From Antedon mediterranea (lineage: Eukaryota; Animalia; Echinodermata), in contig NC_092672.1 of the NCBI RefSeq assembly GCF_964355755.1, forward strand, positions 35,594,437-35,658,436: a stretch of 64,000 nt of DNA, read 5' to 3'. A program made the translations under genes and the position numbers. How positions within the stretch are numbered: position 1 is the stretch's first letter; each line of letters begins with the position of its first letter. Positions 38,672 through 49,400 of this stretch are shown in pieces. The notes below the pieces were generated by a model. It was not told the origin of the DNA. It was given only the letters and a program-made list of their open reading frames with translations, and did not search any database.

Positions 38672-39466
38672 GGACCAAGTTGGAACCAAGTTGTTTGGTT
38701 CCTAAGTTAGAACCAAGCTACTGGTTCCCAAGTTGGGACCGAGTTGTTTGGTTCCCAAGTTGGAACTAAGTGATTGGTTCCCACGTTGGAACCAAGCTAT
38801 TGGTTCCCAAGTTGGGACCGAGTTGTTTGGTTCCCAAGTTGGAACTAAGTTATTGGTTCCCACGTTGGAACCAAGCTACTGGTTCCCAAGTTGGGACCGA
38901 GTTGTTTGGTTCCCAAGTTTGAACTAAGTTATTGGTTCCCACGTTGGAACCAAGCTATTGGTTCCCAAGTTGTTTGGTTCCCAAGTTGGAACCAAACTAT
39001 TGGTTTCAACTTGGGAACCAAACAACTTGGGAACCAAACGAGAATTTCCCAACTTAGGAACCAATCTATTGGTTCCTATGTTTGGGACCAAGCTATTGGT
39101 TTCCAAGTTGTTTGGTTCCCAAGTTAGAACCAAGCTACTGGTTCCCAAGTTGTTTGGTTCCCAAGTTAGAACCAAGCTACTGGTTTCCAAGTTGTTTGGT
39201 TCCCAAGTTAGAACCAAGCTACTGGTTCCCAGGTTGTTTGGTTCCCAAGTTAGAACCAAGCTATACTGTTCCCATGTTGTTTGGTTCCCAAGTTGGAACC
39301 ATGCTATTGGTTCTTACGTTGTTTCGTTCTCAAGTTGGAACCAAGCTATTGGTTCCCAAGTTGGAACCAAGCTATTGGTCCCCAAGTTGGAACCAAGCTA
39401 TTGGTTCCCAAGTTGGAACCAAGCTATTGGTTCCCCAGTTGGAAACAAGTTATTGGTTTCCAAGTT
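38672..39466. repeat. Palindromic 23/24-bp minisatellite with higher-order structure and an internal inversion
   Basis: Alternating gttgt/gctat variants; inverted units near 39005-39062. Confidence 0.95.
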
Positions 39467-40181
39467 ATAACTTATGTTCCTTTTTTTAAACTCAGAACAG
39501 GTCTGCATTTGTGGAAAAGACTACAAAATGATATTAAACAATCTGTTTCGTTTTCTTGATCCGAATAATAACAATACCATACTATTATTATTATTGAATA
39601 AAGTTATTGAACTTGAACTTATAGGTATTAGAGTATTGTATTATAAGCTAACATTAACCAGAAATAAAACTATGGCTTTATATCTGAAACTGAATCATAT
39701 AAATATCTCGGTTTACATATTACTCGTAAATGAACTGACCATATACAAATTGAGAATGTTACAAAAATGGTCAAAGGTTAATACTGTATACCGTACGCTA
39801 AATCAATTAACAGTAATTTTGATAAATTTAACAGAGTATAAATTTAAAGACTTACGATTTTGTGGGTTTGAGGATAATTATGTTACGAATTAATAGATTT
39901 AATATGTTATGTTTTCATTTGATTTGGTTTTTCTTCTTTTTTTGCCTTTTCTGTAGGCCTATGTAAAATTTGCACTACAAAATGCACCTTTGTACTGTAA
40001 GTGTGCTACCGATCTAAAGGTATACATCCAAATAAATAAATAAACATGAAAGTCAATATTTTACAGATAGAAAAAGAAAATATATTTAGGCGGGAACATG
40101 AAATCAAAATGTTTTGCTGGATGTGTACGTTGAGGCAACTATATTTCGTTTATTCAGTAAAGCATGTCTTTTTTTCTACAG

Positions 40182-41421
40182 AAAAAGTTTAAAGGGGTTT
40201 TCGCCGATTAGATTGCTCCGTGTCTATCCTAACGATCAGATATCAAACCAAACTTACACCGAAACAGCTCAAGCCAATGGGGAACCATGGATAAAACCTA
40301 CGAACACGTGCGCTGTCATTGGAAACTCCGGAATCCTGCAGGGGAGTAATTGCGGATTGGAAATTGATGCGCATGATCACGTGTTTCGTTCAAATATGGC
40401 GCCACTGGAAGGTTTCGAGAAAGATGTTGGAACAAGAACAAAATTAGTGACAATAAACAATGAAGAGGGAAGACATTATGGCTGGTGCTCACAGAATAAA
40501 AATGATAGTTGTTACAAAACGATGTATCGTTATCTGAACAATTTGAATAATTCCACTATTATATGGGTGACAAAAGCAAGCGCCTCGTCTCCCAAGATGG
40601 ATATTGTCAATGTCATGCGCACATTCAAGCCAAGCATTGTATTAGCACGACCAAGTAAATCACTTAAAAATTCGATTGCGAGGTAATCTACAATATACAT
40701 ATTTGGGCACATCACTACCATATTTGGGCACATCACTACCATATTTGGGCACATCACTGCCATATTTGGGCACATCACTACCATATTTGGGCACATCACT
40801 ATCATATTTGGGCACATCACTACCATATTTGGGCACATCATCATATTTTTTTTTTGGTCAAATTAGTTTGAATTTAGACAGAGCTTTAGTACTTTTTGTA
40901 AAGAAAAGAATGAATTGAAGTCGAAGATCACACTGAGCCGATACACTTCATTGGCACAATGTGAACGTTCAGCCTAACTGGTTTCGACAGGAAACCAACA
41001 CAAGACAATATAGTAGCTGGCCCAATCGGGTTTCTTTGCACTGCATGCCACAAGCATGGGGAAGGCCTATGTGGAATATACTAATGGAAAATAGGCCTAT
41101 AAGGCGCCCACTTTGGATTTGAAAAAAAATGTCTTTCTTTTTTTCTTTTTTTTAAGGAGGTGGAAAATTTCATCGCCATCGTCGGGCCTTTACGTATTTT
41201 CGCTTGCTGGAAATATGTGTAGTAAAGTATCATTGTATGGATTTTACCCTTTCAATCAAACAGCCGAAGGGAAACCCGTCACGTACCATTATTACGGAAA
41301 CGCATCTTTTAAAAATGGACACCACATGCCAGAGGAATTTAAAGTTTTAAAACAGCTGAATGCGTCTGGTGTTATTAGGTTGGTTACATCGCATTGTAAT
41401 CGTCATCCTAAAACATTCTGA
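40182..41421 (+). CDS. ST8Sia-like alpha-2,8-sialyltransferase (GT29), copy A, catalytic exons 40182-40682 and 41157-41421, both open
   Basis: Sialylmotif L CAVIGNSGILQGSNCGLEIDAHDHVFRSN..DVGTRT, S PSSG..CSKVSLYGFYPF, III HYYG, VS HHMPEE, and the C-terminal Cys typical of ST8Sia. Confidence 0.88.
40698..40841. repeat. 21-bp VNTR, 7 units (3 units at 62356-62414)
   Basis: CATATTTGGGCACATCACTAC in tandem. Confidence 0.95.
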
Positions 41422-41627
41422 CGTCATATAGGCCTACAAGTTGTTAATTAATTAACCTGTTCATTGGACGCACAACACAACGACGTAGCCACAACGCAAT
41501 GTGAGTTGACACGAGTGATAATACATGATTCATCATGTCCTGATTGGTCAAATTACTTGAGTGCGCTTAAGTACTTGAGTGCGCTTAAGTACTTGCGTTC
41601 GCCAGTGGAAAGAGAAGCGTTTGTATA

Positions 41628-42415
41628 AACAAGGCCAACAGCCATTAAGTCGCGTGCTACAATGCATAGTAATACCGGACCGACAGACAGACCGACAGAC
41701 CGACAGACAGACCGACCGACCGACATAGTGAACTATACTGACCGAAATTACTGAACATGTTTAAAAATGTTGAAATGTTTAAAAACATTTATATTTTTTT
41801 AATTTACACGTGCGTAGCCTGTCACTTTTGACGTGCTCGTATAACGTAATTTCGAGTTGAAAAGTAAGTCAAGAAAACAGAAATCGGGCAAAAAGAGTGC
41901 GCAATAATATTTAACGCGCAGTGCGCGCACAAAAATATGCGCACTCATGGCAATTTTGTAAACGCTTAAAATTGCCTGAAACGTACTCTTATTTCATCGA
42001 AAATAAATTTTGAAAATTTTAAGCGCGCGTACGCATGCGTTACATGCGCTACGCACGTAATTGTATTGCCATATGATGATTTATGCCCTGAAATTTATGA
42101 GTACCAAATTTTATTTAATTGTGACTCATGGTTGTGAAGATATGATTACAAACGTGATTTCGTTAAATCGTGCGTAGACCGCGTAATTTTTTATTGCGCA
42201 CCGTGAAAACATAACCACATTGATTCCTGGCCATAAGGAATATACTGTGAAAAATTGACCTATCTAGATTAAACTGATATCAAGATAAGGTCAGAAAGCG
42301 ATAAAACGCATAGTGATACCGGACCGACAGACAGACCGACAGACAGACAGACAGACAGACCGACCAACCAACCGACCGACATAGTGAACTATAGAGTCGC
42401 TTCCACGCGACTAAA
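41628..42415 (-). mobile_element. Near-identical second copy of the HINE element
   Basis: Reverse complement of 5766-6546; the paralog shows the empty site gtttgtataaaaaatgg at 63161-63177. Confidence 0.85.
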
Positions 42416-45400
42416 AATGGTTCACAAAGGAACAGGAAAGTTAGTAGGCCCTACATAAAAAGATGTCCTCCGGTGAAAAATACTCGGTAACAATTTGTTT
42501 TAATAGGTTATTTAGTGTTGGCAGAAGACAGAAAATAAAAAAATAAATACAAATGTACGTGTCTAATTTTAACAATTGCTTTTTTTATTTAAAACTTTCG
42601 TTCATTAAACATGTTGCATTTTTCTATTCAAGTTAAATTATTTTTAAAAAAATATCTAAAGTTTGGTTCCCACTAGGACGCAATGGCGTTAGCGCAACGC
42701 GAGCGAGTTGACCCTATGACACGCGAAAGTTAATGATCTATCGTGTCGTGATTGGTCAAATTACTTGCGTTTCCCTTACGTATGGCGTCCTTGCGTTCTG
42801 GAAACCAAGCATATGATTTGGTCTCGGTGCTCCGATCCTAAAAACCCTCTTGAACAATAAACGCCCGGGTAGTTTATTCAAATAAATATCGGTATGCAGA
42901 TGTCCTAACTAGATCACCGAGCGGTATAGAATGTGTTGTCTGTTAATTTAGCTCTAGTTAATTTACACGTTGTTGTAAGTACTGTCAAAGAATATATATC
43001 ACATGAATGAGTAATCCGCGGTTTTCCCTGTCCCGAGAAATTCCAATGGTTTGCGTACAAACATTCCGTTAAAGGAATTCTTCACAAGCCAACATGGAAT
43101 CACAGCACAGCACAGAAAATGTATATCCACGCAAACACGTTCACGGAAAAACAAAAACACGGGCAATTCGACTTGGAGTTTTATTGAGACATTTTGCTTT
43201 TATGATTCTTGTTTTAAGTGGAAATATATCGACTAACCCTGAACCCACAATTTGTGATCCATGTGGACTGTGTTCAGGATCTGTGAAATCAAATCAACGA
43301 GGTATCTATCTGCTGCGATGGATGCGACTCATGGTACCACATTAAATGTGCGAATATCTCTATTAGAGAATATAATCGCCTTGCCAAATCGGATTCGGAT
43401 TAGCATTGCTACTCATGTATGGTACCTAACTTCATTGATTCATTATTTGAAGATTACACTATTAATATATCTGATGTTTCGCACACGGAGTTGTTGAATG
43501 CCAATTTGGATAACGAGGATAGGCTGCTCAACGAGTTAGAATGTACGGTAAACTTCTTCGTGGTAAGGGTTTGATATTTATTCACCTTAACGTTAGAAGT
43601 TTACGTAACAAAATCGATCAAATTCGGGATATTGCAAAAAATACGAACGCATCAGTCATTGCAATAAGTGAGTTTGATTCAATCAATGATGCTGAAATAA
43701 AAATTGAAAATTTCTCCATAGAAAGGAAGGACAGAAATGGAAAAAGGGGTGGAGTGTGTTTATATATCCACAATACTATTTCATATTCAGTCAGAAATGA
43801 TTTGGACAGAGAGGATATTGAATGCATGGATTGATATAATTTTGCCAAAGTCGAAGCCAATTTTAACCGGTGTTTGCTATCGCCCACCAAAACAAGGTAC
43901 ATTTTTTAACTGTTTAGAAAACCTGCTTATGACTGTTGGAAACTTCAATGCTCAAGAAAGTATTATTCTTGGAGACTTTAATGTAAATGTTTTAAATTGT
44001 AATCGTAACACTATGAGTCAGTGACTAACTTCTGTAATATTTTCGGTCTTGAACAACTTATCACTGAACCAACTAGGATCAGTGATAACAATAGCTCAGC
44101 AATAGATTTGATCCTTGCCCGTGATCCCTTAACAATTAAGGCCAGTGGAGTAATTCCTATTGGACTAAGTGATCACTTTTTTACGTTTTGTAGACGAAAA
44201 CGGACTAATATCATTTCTGGTATACACAGAACAATTGATGTTAGATCAATGAAAAATTACAGTTCTGATTCACTGACTCATATGCTTAATAGTATTGACT
44301 GGTCAGATTGTATTAGTTTAACTTGTGTTCAATCTTCATGGGATACATTTAAAGATAAGTTTATGCGTATAATTGATTCAATTGCTCCTAAAAAAAAGTA
44401 AGGGTCAAAATAAAATATCAACCCTGGTTTGACTCCGGATTAAGAGATCTTATTAGGCAAAGAGACAAAATGTTAATTAGATATCGTAGTACAAAGGATG
44501 TGATGCCTCTCAAGGGTTTTAGAAAACTCCGAAATAGTGTAAATTATAAAATTAAAAAAGCTAAAGTAAATTTTTATTCTGAACAACTTCAAGAAAATAA
44601 ATACAAACTAAAACAATTATGAAAAGTTGTTAAAGGTCTTGGAACCTCTAAATCAAATAATAATGACAAGAAACAGGTTAGTCTTGAGATCGATAATGAA
44701 TATGTTCATGATAAGAAAGAAGTTGCTGAAGAATTTAATTCGTACTTGTACAACCAACGTTGCTGGAGAGCTAGTAAACAAACTTGACCCTCCTAGTAAT
44801 ACTTATAACTTGGAACATGTCAATGTCTTTTACAGTAGCAAAGGTGTCTTTCCTAATGATTTTTCTTTCATAGAATTATCTGAAGATAATGTTCTTAAAG
44901 CTTTGACACAATTATCGACGAGTAAGGCTACCGGAATAGATACTTTACCAGCCAAATTCTTCAAAGATGGGGCTTCTGCAATAGCAAAACCATTAACACA
45001 TATTATTAAGTTGTCCTTTACATCAGGTATTGTACCCAAAGAATGGAAATTGGCGTAAGTCATCCCAATTCACAAGAAGCTTGGGTAGTAAAACGGTGGT
45101 TGGTAACTACCGTCCGGTGTCTATACTCTCGGCTTTTTCTAAAGTTGTTGAAAGACTAGTACATGATCAATTGATGGAATACCTTAATATTAAATCACTT
45201 ATCTATGATTTCCAATGTGGTTTCCAAGCCGATTTTCGATGGATCTTTGTTTAATTCACCTAACTGACCATATTAAAAAGAATTGGGATAAAGGTAATTT
45301 AACAGGTATGATTGTCTTAGACCTACAAAAGGCTTTCGATACTGTAGACCATCAGATTTTACTGGGCAAAATGAGAGCATTAGGATTGTCTCAAACAGCA

Positions 45401-45574
45401 ATAGTTTGGTTTCAATCATATTTAACAGATAGATGGCATGTAGTTAATAATTGTGGTACTCTTTCAACGTGGAAAAAATATTATATTGGGCCCACTTTTG
45501 TTCTTAATGTATGTGAATGATATGGAATCTGCATTGAGTAGTAAACTGCTCCTTTATGCCGATGATTCTGCAAT

Positions 45575-46013
45575 TTTTCTGGCAAAAATTAACAAGATGG
45601 AACGCTTTTCTCGTCGTAATAACGTAAGAATTGTTGGTGTGGAAGAGAACACAAAAGAAAACTGTAAGTTAATCTTTGAGAACATTCTTTCCGATTTTTT
45701 CACACTCGATCCCAGGCCAACAATCGAACGGGCCCACCGAGATGGTAAAAGTATGAACGGCAAGCCAAGGCATATCATTGCCCGTTTTCTCTCATACGCT
45801 TCTAAGATTGAAGTTATGAAACAACGAAGTTCTGCGCTAGATAGCCAGAAATTTTATATCATAGATGATCTTACTGCTGCCGATCTACTGGAAAAAAAGA
45901 AATGGAGATCACAAGTAAAAGAGATGTACAATAAAGGTACCAAGCTTCGTTTTACGGCTGGAAAATGGCAAACTTCAACTGGAATTCCGGTAAACTTTTC
46001 GAAATTCCATTGA
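45575..46013 (+). CDS. C-terminal part of LINE ORF1 (L1/transposase-22-like RRM-CTD)
   Basis: RRNNVRIVGVEE...IERAHRDG...PRHIIARF...IIDDLT is the typical ORF1 RRM pattern. Confidence 0.8.
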
Positions 46014-46458
46014 AATAGTTCCGGTAAACTTTTCGAAATTCCATTGCCATACTAGTGATCGGAATGTTGTTGTAAACACTTGGACTGTCTAAGAAGCATT
46101 TCTTCTTTACAAATTCAATCCATTATTAAATTTTACAACAGACTAAGAATCTTTTATCCATTATTTTCCTTACATCTGCATACTTTGCTTAATTTGTATA
46201 AGCCTCTTGATTGATTTTACATAATAAGTTTACAATAGCGTTTTCAGGAGTCTGTTCTCACATAATTGCATTGTCATAAGATGTTTAAACCACTTAAAAC
46301 CATTTATTCACCTTTGTTTTATTGTTACCCCCCAATTCTTAACTTATTTCTTTATATTTACGTTCTTGTACTTTTCTGTTTTTACGTAACATTACCAGGC
46401 ATCTTTTATTACATACTATTGAATAAACTGATCACATTATGTATCGTTAGATATTCTC

Positions 46459-49400
46459 ATGGACCCTTTTGACAATATAGATGCATTCCCATTTAATCAC
46501 ATTATTGATAATGATGAATTCTTGCATGTTATTCACTATTACTTTTGTGACGATAGAATTGACTTTGATAGATTTAATTCTTTAATTTTTAACCCTTTTG
46601 ATATTAATTTTAAAGATGTTATTAATGACAACGATGCCCAATTATTTTCCGAAAATATTGAATCTTGTGCCTATGAATATATCGATAGTCTTAACAACAA
46701 ATATTCAACACAAGATTATTCATTTAGTATCTTTCACTTAAACGCACGCAGTCTTGTTAAACATTTTAACGATATCAATGTATGCGTAGGTGCTATTAAC
46801 CATGAATTCTCAGCACTATGCTTCACCGAAACTTTTTTTAATCATAATACGCCTTTTTCCTTTTATAATATTCCCAATTATAACCTCTTGCATGTTTCAC
46901 GAGCTGAAAGACCAGGAGGAGGCGTTGCCATTTACCTACACCAGAGATTTAAATATATTCTTCGCCCTGATTTATCATTTATCATTACTAATGGTTCGGA
47001 ATCTCTTTTCATTGAAATCGATGCACAATCCAAAAACATAATCCTTGGAGTAGTATATCGTTTGCCTGAATTATCCATTAACACATTTAATAAAGATATC
47101 TCTAATTTAATTGACACCATTAATAATGAGAAAAAAACAGCATATATTTCAGGAGACTTTAATATTAACTTGTTAAATTCCAAAACACATAAAGGTACTT
47201 CTGATTTTGTTAATACTTTATTTCAATCAAATTATTATCCTCTTATTACTAGGCCAACTAGAATTACGCGTAATTCTGCAACTTTAATCGACAATATTTT
47301 TTGTAATAATCTATACGATAACATTTCTTCCGGAATTCTATATTCGGACATCTCGGATCACTTTCCTGTTTTCTTGTTAGTACATAAATCAGAACCTCTC
47401 CAATACCTGAAACCTAAATCAAAATATATATACATAAAAAAAGTCAATGATATTTCAATTTCTGCCTTAAGTAATGATTTGTCAAATGTTGACTGGACTA
47501 GTATTTATAACTCCAATGAACCCAATGAGGCATACGCTTTATTCAACGACATATTTAGTACATTATATAATAACAACATTAAAACCACTCGTTCCAGACG
47601 AAATATTCGGAAAGAAAAAAAACCTTGGATAACTAAATGCTTAATTAAATCTATCGACAAAAAACACAAATTATATAAAACATTTCTTATATCTAAAAAG
47701 CAAAAGGACAAAGATAAATATGTTAAATATCGAAATGTACTTACCAAAATCCTTCGTACTGCCCAAAAGAATTACTTCAGTGACAAATTTGAATTCCATA
47801 AAAATAACATCCAAAAAACCTGGCAAACAATAAATGGAGTCCTTGGCAAGAAATCTCGTAAACCGTTTCCTTCTCACTTTATTAACAATGACATTGAATT
47901 AAATAATCCTCAACAAATTGCAACTGAATTCAATAATTATTTTACTAGTATAGGGCCAAATTTAGTTAACAAAATACATGTGTCGGATAATGATAATTAT
48001 ACTTCTACCCTACCTCGTCCATGTGTGCACTCTCTCTTTCTTAGTCCTGTAACCGAACATGAAGTTGTCAGTATAATACTTTCCCTCAAAGATAATAAAT
48101 CTCCTGGGTTTGATGGGTTTTCCAATAAAATTATTAAACGTGTTTCTAATTTTATATGCAAACCCTTAACTCACATTTTTAATACTTCTTTTCAAACCGG
48201 TATTTTTCCTGATTCTTTTAAAATAGCTAAAGTCATCCCTATCTACAAGAAAGAAGATCCTCATCATTTCAATAACTACAGACCAATCTCCCTATAATAA
48301 TAATAATAATAATAATAAATAATATATTTATACAGGATAAAACAATCAGATAACAGTGTATCTGTTTTACATTGTGGTCCTGTCTTAATCAAAATATACA
48401 AAAGAGAAACTTAATTAAATATAATACATGTCAGTTTTTTATGAAAAGAAATGAGATTTGTATCTAGCCTTAAAGGACGTAATTGTTGGTGCCGATTTAA
48501 TATTAATTGGTAAATTGTTCCATATTTTTGCGCCTGCAACTTTAAAGGACGAATTCATTTTACTAAGGGTGTATTTAGGTATTGTTACATTCAAATTTTC
48601 TACTCCACGTGTTAAGTGGGTGTGAATATCGCGAATCAATTCAATTTCATTTACTAATCTAATTGGTGCAAGGCCGTAAACACATTTATACATTAGACAT
48701 GCTAGGGAGAAATCTCGTTTCTCTTCAAGAGTTTGCCACGATAGGTTCTGGATGATGTTGTCACCCCTTACATTAATATAATCGAAGTTGTTAGTTACAA
48801 TTCGAGCAGCTCTTTTTTGATGTCGCTTTAAAATATTTTTGTTTAACTCTGTCGTATTTCCCCAGACTGTTATAGCATAATCACTACAAGACTGAATTGT
48901 ACTTATATATAGAGTTTCAAGTAACGGTTTACTTAAACTACTAGCCATTTTACCTAGCATTGTTATTTTATATCCAATATTTTTACTAATACATTGAGTA
49001 TTTTGTTTCCAAGTTAACATTTCATCGATTACGACTCCCAGCTACCTTATACTATCAACTTGTTCTAATTTACTGGTTCCAATTTGTATATTTAAATCAT
49101 TACTGTCAGCTGTATGATTGTTTCTTAGTAACATAACCTTTGTTTTTTCAGTATTTATAGAGAGGTGGTTGTCATCATACCATTTACCAATGTTATCAAT
49201 AATTATTTGTAATGAATCATTTACTATCTTAGTAGTATCACCACCTGAGGTGTAAACCACAACATCATCAGCAAAAACGCTGCAAGTTCCATTTACTATA
49301 GACTGCGAAATATCATTTATGAAAATGAGAAACAAGATGGGTCCCAGGACACTTCCTTGTGGAACACCAATATTGATTTCTTTAAGTGTAGATTTGTTAT

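Larger units (their letters stand above)
36490..43031 (+). repeat. Segmental duplication unit 1 (paralog of ~57885-63890)
   Basis: Long colinear, near-identical stretches in introns, exons and flanks; similarity ends at ...ccgcggttttccctgt (43031 / 63890). Confidence 0.9.

Noticed and set aside
38672-39466. CRISPR-like array of palindromic repeats (also at 30.7, 57.4 and 60.8 kb)
   Set aside because: Units are directly adjacent with no unique spacers, there are no cas genes, and the context is spliceosomal-intron DNA; it is a minisatellite.
39474-39893. 139-aa AT-rich ORF
   Set aside because: It is intronic, and the paralogous region (61160-61550) has frame-breaking indels.
40530-40918. MCPNMVV / YLGTSLP repeat ORFs
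   Set aside because: They are translations of the 21-bp intronic VNTR.
45453-46013. Apparent RT-ORF1 fusion protein
   Set aside because: It is a chance in-frame junction between the outer LINE RT and the 5'-truncated ORF1 of the inserted LINE.
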